From a virus (Duplodnaviria > Caudoviricetes): 38,424 nucleotides of DNA. Numbering within the stretch: position 1 is the stretch's first letter; every line of letters begins with the position of its first letter. A program made the position numbers and the translations under genes. The notes under the pieces are model-generated. The model made no database searches, was not told the DNA's origin, and saw nothing but the letters and a program-made list of their open reading frames with translations. The stretch covers positions 1-38,424 of IMG/VR virus record IMGVR_UViG_3300031519_000075; one strand, 5' to 3'. This document shows positions 1 through 8,766 of this stretch, in pieces.

Positions 1-113
1 ATAGAATCTAATAACTTAGCTTTGTCGTAGGGCCAGTCTCTATATCTATAGATAAACATGTGGGTAGCCCAGTTGCTAATTTTTTCAACAGGATGTGCGA
101 GTTTATGTATCAT
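1..113 (-). CDS. 5' part of a divergent gene running off the window (MIHKLAHPVEKISNWATHMFIYRYRDWPYDKAKLLDS...), possibly another oxygenase-cluster gene
   Basis: Manual translation shows an open frame from ATG at 113 to the window edge. ATAAATA lies 5 nt upstream of the ATG, mirroring the + strand gene at 173. Confidence 0.6.
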   Translation of the reverse strand, partial: MIHKLAHPVEKISNWATHMFIYRYRDWPYDKAKLLDS

Positions 114-118
114 ACTAA

Positions 119-125
119 TATTTAT
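119..125 (-). promoter_or_regulatory. T4-type late promoter-like motif ATAAATA
   Basis: Lies 5 nt upstream of the ATG at 113. The same motif recurs upstream of five structural genes. Confidence 0.6.
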
Positions 126-160
126 TAAGCCATTCTTATAAAAAAATCAATCTTGGCTTA

Positions 161-167
161 ATAAGTA
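161..167 (+). promoter_or_regulatory. Late promoter-like variant ATAAGTA driving the oxygenase/halogenase operon
   Basis: One mismatch to ATAAATA, 5 nt before ATG 173, with no SD sequence. Confidence 0.5.
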
Positions 168-172
168 TTAGT

Positions 173-850
173 ATGATACAGTACAAGCAATCCGTAAAAG
201 TATTTGATACTTTTTTTAAAAATCCAGGTAAAATAATAGAGTTAGGTGACTCTCTCGAATTTTATAATGACGAGCAGTGGCCAGGACGGCGTACTCGTAA
301 TTTACTAGAAATTAACAACACTGTAGCAATAGAATTTGCAAAGTTTTTTGCTAAACAAATTGCTGACAAGGTATTTTACGGACTGTCTGGGTTTGAAATA
401 GATATAAGATTTCATAAAAATGATATATATGATCACACTGAAGCAAATAACGGCTGGATTCATAATGATGAAATTGACTTTGCTGGGCTTGTTTATCTAA
501 ATATCGAAGATCCAAGTATGCACACTGGTACTAGTATTTTTGACAAAACATCATCATCTAAATTTAAAGTTCAAGATTATGATTCAAGGAAACAATTAAA
601 CTTAAAGAAAACAGTTACAGATCAATATCTAAAAGACTTAAAAGAAAATAGGCAACAATTTGCCGAGACAGTAAATGTTGGTAATAAGTTTAATAGGTTA
701 GTAGCGTATGACGCATCTCAATGGCATAGACCAAATAATTATGAAGTTAAAACATTACCTAGATATTCGTTACTATTTTTTATAAACAATGCAAAATTTA
801 CAAATTTAGACTCATTGCTGTCTATTAGTGCAGACTGGAGCGACGAATGA
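173..850 (+). CDS. 2OG-Fe(II) oxygenase superfamily protein (DUF6445-like)
   Basis: WPGRR; HxD motif GWIHND; FAGLVYL; GTSIF; NRLVAYDASQWH (distal His); terminal R-x-S-L-L-F-F strand. Confidence 0.75.
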   Translation: MIQYKQSVKVFDTFFKNPGKIIELGDSLEFYNDEQWPGRRTRNLLEINNTVAIEFAKFFAKQIADKVFYGLSGFEIDIRFHKNDIYDHTEANNGWIHNDEIDFAGLVYLNIEDPSMHTGTSIFDKTSSSKFKVQDYDSRKQLNLKKTVTDQYLKDLKENRQQFAETVNVGNKFNRLVAYDASQWHRPNNYEVKTLPRYSLLFFINNAKFTNLDSLLSISADWSDE

Positions 851-1488
851 TAATAAAAACTAGTGCATTTGAAATACCAGTCTACAAAACATCAATGCCA
901 AATCATAAAGAAATAAAAGAGAAATTCTTAACAGGAGTTATGCCAGACTTAAAAGATCTTCCACCTAACAATATAGGATTAAATTTATACAGTGATTACT
1001 TTCCTGGCCTTGATCGATTAGATCCCGAGTGGGAAGATCTTTACACATCTACAGTTACGCAGTTTTTAAATAAAGCTGGATTTAATCAAAATAAAAAATG
1101 GGAAGTCGATGTCGACTTATGGTATAATGTAGGAATTAAAGGTAGCTTCCAAGAAGAGCATGATCATATGGGAGGGTTTCCAGGTTGTATGTATAGTGCT
1201 ATACATTTTGTAGTATATGATCCAGCAGTACATCAACCTACAACATTTTATAATCCTATACATCATACATTTCTAAGAAACATGCAACCGTGCAACGGCG
1301 ACGATGTACCGTTAGATTGGCAGAATCCAAGTTATATTCCGACAGTAAAAGAAGGCGATATATTAATTTTTCCTTCGTATTTAAAACACAGCGTACCGTT
1401 TCAACAAAGTGATAAGATTAGAGCTACTATAGCACTAAATCTTACTATAGGCAATCCTAACGGATCTTTATTTAAGAAGACACTATAA
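847..1488 (+). CDS. Putative 2OG-Fe(II) oxygenase (TIGR02466 / 2OG-FeII_Oxy_5-like)
   Basis: WYN...FQEEHDH, TFYNP, EGDILIFPSYLKHSV and RATIALN motifs. ATGA overlap with the upstream gene. Confidence 0.85.
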   Translation: MIIKTSAFEIPVYKTSMPNHKEIKEKFLTGVMPDLKDLPPNNIGLNLYSDYFPGLDRLDPEWEDLYTSTVTQFLNKAGFNQNKKWEVDVDLWYNVGIKGSFQEEHDHMGGFPGCMYSAIHFVVYDPAVHQPTTFYNPIHHTFLRNMQPCNGDDVPLDWQNPSYIPTVKEGDILIFPSYLKHSVPFQQSDKIRATIALNLTIGNPNGSLFKKTL

Positions 1489-2126
1489 TGATAGAAAAAA
1501 TTACGCCGTTTCCGCTTTACATTTATAAAATAAAAGCAACACATCATAAAGAAATAAAAGATTATTTAATGAAGCATGTGTATCCTAAATTTGCCCAGGA
1601 AGGTCCTAATGGCGGATTACAAAAAATATTTACAGACTATCTTCCGGGCACAGGTGCAATGATACATTGGCCTTATATCTATGATAGATACAAAGAAGAT
1701 TTAGATAATGTGTTATCTGAAATAGGTTTTGATATGACAAAACCGTGGGACGTTAGGATGAAAGGTTGGTACAACTTTACAACACACAATGACGAAGAAT
1801 GGCCTCATGACCATATGGGCGGGGCCTCTAACATAAACTATTCGTTTGTACACTATGTTACTGTTGAAGACGAAAACGACGGAACTATATTTTTAAATCC
1901 TAATTATAAACTTACTAGAGCAATTATGCCTACAAAAAATGTTAACTATCTTCCAGAAAGTATTTTTAATGATAGATATCAAATTAAAGTACAAGAAGGT
2001 GATATTGTTTTATTTCCTAGTTGGATGGATCACACCGCTCCAAAACACACAACAGATAATTTAAGAATAACTAATGCAGTTAATGTTATGATGAAATTAA
2101 AAAATCAAGATGAGGATGGATTTTAA
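1488..2126 (+). CDS. Putative 2OG-Fe(II) oxygenase (TIGR02466-like), paralogue of 847-1488
   Basis: WYN...WPHDHMGG, IFLNP, EGDIVLFPSWMDH and RITNAVN motifs. TAATG overlap. Confidence 0.85.
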   Translation: MIEKITPFPLYIYKIKATHHKEIKDYLMKHVYPKFAQEGPNGGLQKIFTDYLPGTGAMIHWPYIYDRYKEDLDNVLSEIGFDMTKPWDVRMKGWYNFTTHNDEEWPHDHMGGASNINYSFVHYVTVEDENDGTIFLNPNYKLTRAIMPTKNVNYLPESIFNDRYQIKVQEGDIVLFPSWMDHTAPKHTTDNLRITNAVNVMMKLKNQDEDGF

Positions 2127-2803
2127 TGACTACCCCATTTATAGTTGAAGAACTATTTAAACTTAACCCAAATAGTAAAATTACATATCACACAGATTGG
2201 GTATGTATAGATGACTTTTATGAAGATATTGAAAAAATTCAAAAAGCGTTTGAACACATGTATGTAGAGTCATGGAAGATGAGTCAATGGAGTAGAAATT
2301 TTAAAGATTATTACGACTGTCGTCCAATGTTTGCAAATTGGGAACCGTTGCAAGAAATGATAGATGCAAGATTAAAACCTCTAAATAAACTTATAGGACA
2401 GTTAGTATCATGGCAAGACGTGGGTATTGAAAAAAGTTTAGCATTTAATGTGTTTAAACATAAAAAAGAAAACTTGCCATTAACAATGCAGCATCATCCT
2501 CATTATGATACAGATATGTTAAATGTATTAACGTATATTGACAAGCATGCAGATGGCGGTACTGCAATATATGAAGATATTGATGTTGAAAACAAAGAAG
2601 GTTCTAATCTTATAATAGATGTTTCTAAATATAAGATAAAAGAAATTATTCCTGCAAAGCCTAATAGGTGTGTAATATTCAGTGGAAATAAATTACACGG
2701 TGCATATATTAACGATAATAATATATACTATAACAACTGGAGAATTACACAGGCTACTATTGTTCGGCCTGGTAACTTAATTGACAAGGACACAATAAAA
2801 TAA
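2126..2803 (+). CDS. 2OG-Fe(II) oxygenase superfamily protein (DUF6445-like)
   Basis: IDDFYED, HPHYD (HxD), GGTAIY, KPNRCVIFSGNKLH and WRITQ motifs. TAATG overlap. Confidence 0.75.
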   Translation: MTTPFIVEELFKLNPNSKITYHTDWVCIDDFYEDIEKIQKAFEHMYVESWKMSQWSRNFKDYYDCRPMFANWEPLQEMIDARLKPLNKLIGQLVSWQDVGIEKSLAFNVFKHKKENLPLTMQHHPHYDTDMLNVLTYIDKHADGGTAIYEDIDVENKEGSNLIIDVSKYKIKEIIPAKPNRCVIFSGNKLHGAYINDNNIYYNNWRITQATIVRPGNLIDKDTIK

Positions 2804-2807
2804 TATT

Positions 2808-3461
2808 ATGAAAACTATTAAATTTTACACAGACGATTCACAAGTAATGAAAGATTTTCCACCTCGTCCTATACAGGAAGATTTGCCTAACTGGTTAACT
2901 TCTATAAAAAAAGATAACGAATTTAATATTACACATTGTAAGCCGGCTATGGATTGGATGTCTAGCGGGTACGTTATATATAATGCTTGGGAAATAATAT
3001 TAAAAGAAAAAATAATAGACTTTACAAAAGGTGTAGAATACGAAACTCAAAATAGCCGTATTGGGTTAAGGACAATAAATCCATCAGTTTATTCTGGACA
3101 ATGTTTACCAGTTCCGGGTGGCCCGCAAGCATATTTTAAAATAGAGACAGATTTTAAAGTTGTAACGCCTCCGGGTTATAGTTGCTTAGTTATGCAACCG
3201 TATTACGATTTTAATAAAGATTATAAAATATTGCCCGGAGTTATTGATACAGATAAACACGACTGGACAATCTCTGCAATGGGTCATACTACTAACCCAA
3301 ATATAAGAATACTACCAGGTGAGAGAATGATACAAATTATTCCGTATAAGCGCGACGGATGGACTATGGAATTGCATTCTGAAAAAATGTATAGTCAACT
3401 ATTCCACTATGTTCGTGGTGCATATAAAAAATTATTCCACACTAAAAAGGTATACAAGTAA
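2808..3461 (+). CDS. Uncharacterised phage protein with dUTPase-like fold motifs (paralogue 1 of 3)
   Basis: LPNW...HCKPAMDWMSSGY and TPPGYSC. LPGVIDTD resembles dUTPase motif III and PGERMIQIIP resembles motif IV. Confidence 0.6.
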   Translation: MKTIKFYTDDSQVMKDFPPRPIQEDLPNWLTSIKKDNEFNITHCKPAMDWMSSGYVIYNAWEIILKEKIIDFTKGVEYETQNSRIGLRTINPSVYSGQCLPVPGGPQAYFKIETDFKVVTPPGYSCLVMQPYYDFNKDYKILPGVIDTDKHDWTISAMGHTTNPNIRILPGERMIQIIPYKRDGWTMELHSEKMYSQLFHYVRGAYKKLFHTKKVYK

Positions 3462-4162
3462 TGTCTGAAAAAAATATTAAATTTATTACATATGATAAAT
3501 CAACTGAGAAATTTTATCCACCAGTTCCGTTATCAAAATTTGTTCCGGAATGGTACAAAAATATTCCTCAATCATTTGATCACAACGATAGTAACATCCA
3601 ACAAAAGGGTGTGCCGACAATCAAGAAGTGTGTTCCTGTACTAGATTATTTAACAGGTGGATATGTTATTTTAAATCCATACGAAGTTGAAATACGGATT
3701 CAGCCAGACGACCAAGGCGTACTTAAAGCAGCTAGTGTATGTCCAGCTGAGGATTATATATCAGCACATCCGTATGAGCAGTGTCCTGTGCCGATGAATG
3801 ATGTTAAAAATCATTATTTTAAAGTAAGTAACTCATGGAAAGTAGTAACTCCTCCAGGTTACAGTTGTCATTTTTATCAACCATTTTATACATTAAACTC
3901 TAACTATAAACTCTTTCCGTCTATTGTAGATACTGATAAACACGATGATGCCGTTAACTTTGTCGGCCTTGGTTTAAAGGAAAACTTTGTTATTAAAGCC
4001 GGAGAACCGTTAATGGTTGTATTTCCGTTTAAACGAGATAGCTGGAGTGCAGACGCTGAGTACCACGATTACCGGCATGAAAACAGATACAAGTATTGGA
4101 TTAAGAAAGCCTGGCATGGAACATATGCCACCTTTGTACATAGTAAGAAAAAATTCAGATAA
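3461..4162 (+). CDS. Uncharacterised phage protein with dUTPase-like fold motifs (paralogue 2 of 3)
   Basis: VPEWYK...TIKKCVPVLDYLTGGY, TPPGYSC, PSIVDTDKH and IKAGEPLMVVFPFKR. TAATG overlap. Confidence 0.6.
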   Translation: MSEKNIKFITYDKSTEKFYPPVPLSKFVPEWYKNIPQSFDHNDSNIQQKGVPTIKKCVPVLDYLTGGYVILNPYEVEIRIQPDDQGVLKAASVCPAEDYISAHPYEQCPVPMNDVKNHYFKVSNSWKVVTPPGYSCHFYQPFYTLNSNYKLFPSIVDTDKHDDAVNFVGLGLKENFVIKAGEPLMVVFPFKRDSWSADAEYHDYRHENRYKYWIKKAWHGTYATFVHSKKKFR

Positions 4163-4170
4163 GTATAGAT

Positions 4171-4860
4171 ATGTTCAGTATATTTAAAAAACGTTCTACA
4201 ATAATATTAGATTGCTTTACTCCAATTCCGGAGTTGCCTGATTTATTCCCTATTGTTCAGGCTCAAGAGTGTATGCCTGAATGGTTTAAACAACTACCTG
4301 CAACTGTTCCTTGGAAGGGTATTAATCGCGGTTCAATGAAAATGTGTCCAGGTGTCACAGACTATTACAAAGCAGGATTTATTTTACCTGCGTGGCGTGA
4401 CTTTCAAATCTCAGTAAACAGCGGAATTCCTAATTTACATCCAGCAGAATCAGGTGATATACATAATCCAATTCAATGGGGTAAGGGCTTAGATGGCTAC
4501 GGTCATATTAAATTAGTAAGTCCTTGGAGAATAAAAGAAAAGACAGGTGTAAAATTTTTATTTACTAATTCATTTTGGCAAAAGCAAAAACATCATTACT
4601 TTGTTCCTAACGGTATAGTCGAGTACAAGTACCAAGTTACTACAAATGTCAATCTAGTAGTTTCTAAAAATGCATTTCCAAACGAGTTTGTAATTAATGC
4701 AGGTGATCCGTTAGTACAGTGTATACCATTATCAGAACAAAAAATTAAAATTAAAACGCACGTAATTGACCCTATAGAGTTTGCTAAACTTGATAGTTAT
4801 GTCTTTTCTTTTTCAGGAAACTACTATAAAGGTAAGAAGATAAAAGAGAAAAGTAAATGA
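4171..4860 (+). CDS. Uncharacterised phage protein with dUTPase-like fold motifs (paralogue 3 of 3, most diverged)
   Basis: MPEWFK...SMKMCPGVTDYYKAGF, VPNGIVEY and INAGDPLVQCIP. Confidence 0.55.
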   Translation: MFSIFKKRSTIILDCFTPIPELPDLFPIVQAQECMPEWFKQLPATVPWKGINRGSMKMCPGVTDYYKAGFILPAWRDFQISVNSGIPNLHPAESGDIHNPIQWGKGLDGYGHIKLVSPWRIKEKTGVKFLFTNSFWQKQKHHYFVPNGIVEYKYQVTTNVNLVVSKNAFPNEFVINAGDPLVQCIPLSEQKIKIKTHVIDPIEFAKLDSYVFSFSGNYYKGKKIKEKSK

Positions 4861-5477
4861 TAGAATGGGTATTTCCAACACCAGTATATTGTCATAAAGG
4901 TTTAATTGATGAAACTTTTTTAGTTCAACATGAAATTAAAAAAGCACTTCCTACAATTTTAGACACTGATACGTGGGAAACTCCTGGTGGATGGGAAGAG
5001 CCTGTTAAAACAAATATTAGTCATAGATGGAACACTATCAAAGACTTTGAATTAACTAATTTAAAGAAATATATTGAAAAACACGTACAACTGTATATTG
5101 ACGAAGTACAGCCCTTTATGAATAATGATATCTTTATGAGCCATAGCTGGCTTAACATAACAAATAGGAATCAAAGTCAAGAATGGCATGCACACACAGA
5201 TAGTTTTATTAGTGGAGTTTATTACTATAAAACTAATAATATAGACGGGGATTTAATGATTAAGAATCCTGTACAGTTTAGTCAAAGAGGTTTCTTTCCT
5301 GCAGGAAAGAAAGTATACGAAAAAGTAATGTACCCTCCGGTAGAAGGCATGCTTATGCTCTTTCCTGGGTGGTTAGATCACCGAGTTGGTGTAAATACAA
5401 CTGATAGCGATAGAATAACTATTGCATTTAATTATCTTACAATTAATGAAGAGAGAAAAGGAATCATAGAACGATGA
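4857..5477 (+). CDS. Putative 2OG-Fe(II) oxygenase (TIGR02466-like)
   Basis: FPTPVY, SWLN...QEWHAH, ISGVYY, EGMLMLFPGWLDHRV and RITIAFN motifs. ATGA overlap. Confidence 0.9.
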   Translation: MIEWVFPTPVYCHKGLIDETFLVQHEIKKALPTILDTDTWETPGGWEEPVKTNISHRWNTIKDFELTNLKKYIEKHVQLYIDEVQPFMNNDIFMSHSWLNITNRNQSQEWHAHTDSFISGVYYYKTNNIDGDLMIKNPVQFSQRGFFPAGKKVYEKVMYPPVEGMLMLFPGWLDHRVGVNTTDSDRITIAFNYLTINEERKGIIER

Positions 5478-7150
5478 GAGGACCAATAAATAGAATTATT
5501 ATTTGCGGTGGAGGTAGTGCAGGTTGGATGACAGCAGCAGTACTTTCAAATCAATTTCCAGAAAAAGAAATTGCATTAGTTGAATCTCCTGACATTCCTG
5601 TTGTCGGCGTAGGCGAGTCTACATTAGGGACAATTAATAGTTATTTAAGTATGCTTGGTCTTGAAGATAAAGATTGGATGGCTGATTGTCAGGCTACTTA
5701 TAAATTAGGAATTAAATTTACTGATTTTTATAAGAAAGACGATGCATACTACTATCCGTTTGGTATTAAAGATATGCAGAATACTCAAGCTGGTGCAACA
5801 GATTGGTATGTTAAAAAGACACTTAATCCTGAAACACCTACTAATGATTTTTACGAATCGTTTTATAGTACGATGCCGTTTATTTACGATAATAAAATTT
5901 ATGATAACGAAGACGGACAGTTACCAAACTTTAGCTTTAAAACAGATACTGCATATCACATCGACGCTATACAGTTCGGTCATATGTTACGAGATAAAGT
6001 AGCTATTCCAAATGGCGTAGTACATATCCAAGATAAAATAGTTAAGATAGAAAAAGACAAGGAAGGCTATGTAGGTCATCTTGAATTAAAAAACGGCGAC
6101 TCACTAGAAGCTGATTTATTTATTGACTGTACTGGATTTAAATCATTGCTGTTAGGTGGCGCAATGGACGAGTTTTTTGAAGACTTTAGCGACTGGCTAC
6201 CTAATAAAAAAGCTATTACATGTCATGTTCCATATACTGATAAAGACTTAGAAATGGAAAATGTAACTAATTGTACAGGATGGGATAACGGCTGGATTTG
6301 GAATATTCCGTTATACAACAGAATTGGTGCTGGTTACGTATACGATGCTGGAATGATAAACCCACAAGAAGCTGAACAAGAATTTAAAGACTATTTAAAT
6401 AGTGATAGGATGAAAGTTCATAATCCTAATCGTTCAGACGATATTGAAAAATTTGATCATATTGATATTAAAAACGGAGTACATCATCGCTGTTGGGTAA
6501 ACAACGTAGTTGGTGTAGGCTTATCGTACGGATTTATTGAGCCTTTAGAATCCACAGGATTATTAAGTGTTCAAGAAATACTATTACGACTGTGCGAAAC
6601 ATTACATTACCCCCAAGTAAATAGAGCTCACACAGATCATTTTAATTACGTCATTAAACAAATTATGACTGGCTTTAAACACTTTGTGCAGTATCATTTT
6701 AGTCTATCTTCTCGTAGAGACACAGAGTATTGGAGACAAGCTACTGAGTATCTTAGAATGGATCCAAGAATGGACAATTCAAAACTTGTTGATTCGCTAG
6801 AAAGCTTACCTGCTGTTATGGCAAATGCATTGTTACAATCACATCAATTACAAGGTGATTTGTCAATGGGAGGTATTCCTGATATATTTGTTGGTAATAG
6901 ATGTATTCCAGCAAACATGACACAAATGAAAGTGTTAGAAGATTTAATGGTTGCTAGAAACGGCTCATTGCCTGAAATTTATACTCAACAATTACAGGAT
7001 TATTGGGATCAAAAGAAAGATTATATTCAGACTCTTGCAAACGATTCGTTATCACATTATGAATATTTAAAGAAAAATATTTTTGAAAGAGATGAAGTTG
7101 CAGATGCATTATTAACTGAAGTAGAAGATATTGCACAAGAAGAGGAATAA
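5474..7150 (+). CDS. prnA: Flavin-dependent tryptophan halogenase family protein (PrnA/RebH-like)
   Basis: GGGSAGW FAD motif, VGEST, ATYKLGIKF (catalytic Lys position), FIDCTGF, WxWxIP (GWIWNIPL) and GFIEPLESTG. The symbol is family-level only; the substrate is unknown. Confidence 0.92.
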   Translation: MRGPINRIIICGGGSAGWMTAAVLSNQFPEKEIALVESPDIPVVGVGESTLGTINSYLSMLGLEDKDWMADCQATYKLGIKFTDFYKKDDAYYYPFGIKDMQNTQAGATDWYVKKTLNPETPTNDFYESFYSTMPFIYDNKIYDNEDGQLPNFSFKTDTAYHIDAIQFGHMLRDKVAIPNGVVHIQDKIVKIEKDKEGYVGHLELKNGDSLEADLFIDCTGFKSLLLGGAMDEFFEDFSDWLPNKKAITCHVPYTDKDLEMENVTNCTGWDNGWIWNIPLYNRIGAGYVYDAGMINPQEAEQEFKDYLNSDRMKVHNPNRSDDIEKFDHIDIKNGVHHRCWVNNVVGVGLSYGFIEPLESTGLLSVQEILLRLCETLHYPQVNRAHTDHFNYVIKQIMTGFKHFVQYHFSLSSRRDTEYWRQATEYLRMDPRMDNSKLVDSLESLPAVMANALLQSHQLQGDLSMGGIPDIFVGNRCIPANMTQMKVLEDLMVARNGSLPEIYTQQLQDYWDQKKDYIQTLANDSLSHYEYLKKNIFERDEVADALLTEVEDIAQEEE

Positions 7151-7161
7151 AAAAGAATACA

Positions 7162-7188
7162 AAAAAAGCCGCTTTAAGCGGCTTTTTT
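7162..7188. terminator. Bidirectional intrinsic terminator between convergent modules
   Basis: aaaaaa-gccgc-tttaa-gcggc-tttttt gives a U-tract on both strands. It lies between the stops at 7150 (+) and 7211 (-). Confidence 0.9.
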
Positions 7189-7210
7189 AATCTATAATTT
7201 TTAGAGTTTA

Positions 7211-7540
7211 TTAATCAGGTAAGTCAACTGATTCACCGATATCGCTATCATGTGCATCTGGATTTTGTACCATTGCTACCATACGTGCAGTATCTTCTTG
7301 ACTTATTTGGGCAGCAGATTTAACTGTTGCTTGTGCTAATAACTGTTCTTTATCTGCTGGTATTGATCGTGTACCGGGCTTTTTTAGTTCACTTTTAATA
7401 ATGTCCTTAATCAAGTCACGTTTCATTTGACTAATATATTCTGTAACATGTTCGTCAACATATTCATTTGGTCGATCTGTTACATAACATAATGATCTAT
7501 AATCAACATCACTAATTTCAACTGTGTATACTACTGCCAT
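7211..7540 (-). CDS. Small fibre-associated protein (putative chaperone/accessory), paralogue of 7552-7794
   Basis: Shares the EI(S/T)D...L.....(D/R)P..(Y/W)(V/I)...V pattern with its neighbour. AGGAG SD upstream. Directly downstream of the C1q genes. Confidence 0.6.
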   Translation of the reverse strand: MAVVYTVEISDVDYRSLCYVTDRPNEYVDEHVTEYISQMKRDLIKDIIKSELKKPGTRSIPADKEQLLAQATVKSAAQISQEDTARMVAMVQNPDAHDSDIGESVDLPD

Positions 7541-7551
7541 TTATATTCTCC

Positions 7552-7794
7552 TTAACCGTTAGGGTTGCCTTTTAAAGGTCCGTTGTACAAGCCTATAACT
7601 GAATCTCTGTCATTTACCATTGTAGCAATGTCAGGATCTTCTAATATTCTATCAAGTTCACTTTCAAATATTTTATCTTTTGCTTGCTCGATTAAATGTC
7701 CAACAGCGTTTTCTATCCAGTCTTGCGGATCCATACAATAGTGCGCTAGCACTTTTTGCTCATTGTCTGTTATTTCAAATACTATATTTCTCAT
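7552..7794 (-). CDS. Small fibre-associated protein (putative chaperone/accessory)
   Basis: ITDNEQKVL...DPQDWIENAV pattern of the kind recalled next to phage C1q-type fibres. Confidence 0.6.
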   Translation of the reverse strand: MRNIVFEITDNEQKVLAHYCMDPQDWIENAVGHLIEQAKDKIFESELDRILEDPDIATMVNDRDSVIGLYNGPLKGNPNG

Positions 7795-7817
7795 TTTATG
7801 TTCTCTCTGTAAGTTAT

Positions 7818-8762
7818 TTAGCTAATCATATATCCGTTAAACACACTGTGTGACCCATGGAATCTAGTTTGATTATTGCCCCAAAATGTTCGTACTTCTA
7901 CGTATTGGCCAGCATTTAAATATGTACCTAAGTCTATGCGTACACCATTTGGATAGTAACGACTACTAGTACTATGTCCAAAGATACCGTGCGGTGTTCG
8001 ACCACCTACCATGGCATTGCCACCGTTAACACCAAGACTCATATGGATATAACCACTAGTATTGTTAGCATCATTTCTACAGTATGTCTCGAACGCAAAT
8101 TGATAAAATCCTGCAATTGGTGCAGTAAATCTACCGTTATTAGCTTTGTTACTTCCGCCACGCTGTTCGATTGCTCCCCAGCCAAAGTTACTGCTAATTG
8201 ATCTCCAGCCAGTGCCGCCGTAGCTATTTGCATATCGCCAACCACCAGTTCCTGCAGAACTAAATGCTGGACTATTAGGCTTAGTTAATGTATCGTTGCT
8301 GTTCATCGTAATGCCAACTTGGCCGCCTGCACTAATAGATGTAGAATTGCCACTAAAACTAATGCCTGTATCAGCATCGCCTGTGTGATATATAGCAGGT
8401 GCTGATGTAGATCCTGTTGTTGTTTTTAATTGTCCTGACATAGTGCCGCCAGCTCTGTTTAGAGGTGCACCGCCAAGGTTAGCAGACATTGATCCGCCAG
8501 CAAATTTGCTTCCTGCTATACTTGCACTAGCACTTATGTCGCCGTTAACAATTGATCTATAAGTTACAGTCTTTCCTGATATATCTACTGCGCTTCCAAG
8601 TTTATCACTAGTTACTGCGCCATCTAGTATTTTATCAGTAGTTGCTGCGCCATCTAGTATTTTATCAGTAGTTATTGTAGTGTTACTAATTTCAGATGTT
8701 ACTACTTCTCCGTCAATAACGGCTGCGGAATTAATTCTTTTAAAACTGTTGTAATTTGCCAT
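7818..8762 (-). CDS. C1q-domain fibre/receptor-binding protein (paralogue 3)
   Basis: N-terminal 10-aa GAVTxDK repeats. C-terminal PAFS...GRFTAPIAGFYQF...YLNAGQYV...FNGYMI is a gC1q signature. Confidence 0.8.
   Translation of the reverse strand: MANYNSFKRINSAAVIDGEVVTSEISNTTITTDKILDGAATTDKILDGAVTSDKLGSAVDISGKTVTYRSIVNGDISASASIAGSKFAGGSMSANLGGAPLNRAGGTMSGQLKTTTGSTSAPAIYHTGDADTGISFSGNSTSISAGGQVGITMNSNDTLTKPNSPAFSSAGTGGWRYANSYGGTGWRSISSNFGWGAIEQRGGSNKANNGRFTAPIAGFYQFAFETYCRNDANNTSGYIHMSLGVNGGNAMVGGRTPHGIFGHSTSSRYYPNGVRIDLGTYLNAGQYVEVRTFWGNNQTRFHGSHSVFNGYMIS
8611..8670. repeat. 30-bp tandem duplication encoding TDKILDGA(A/V)T
   Basis: gttactgcgccatctagtattttatcagta followed by gttgctgcgccatctagtattttatcagta (29/30 identical). 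Confidence 0.9.
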
Positions 8763-8766
8763 TATA

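Larger units (their letters stand above)
106..180. repeat. 27-bp near-perfect inverted repeat (arms 106-132 and 154-180, 21-bp spacer) containing both divergent promoters and start codons
   Basis: The reverse complement of 106-132 is tggcttaataaatattagtatgataca; 154-180 is tggcttaataagtattagtatgataca (26/27 identical). Confidence 0.9.

Noticed and set aside
173-7150. Bacterial secondary-metabolite (pyrrolnitrin-type) gene cluster
   Set aside because: No prnB/C/D, scaffold synthase, transporter or regulator is present. The context, promoters and gene families are phage-like.
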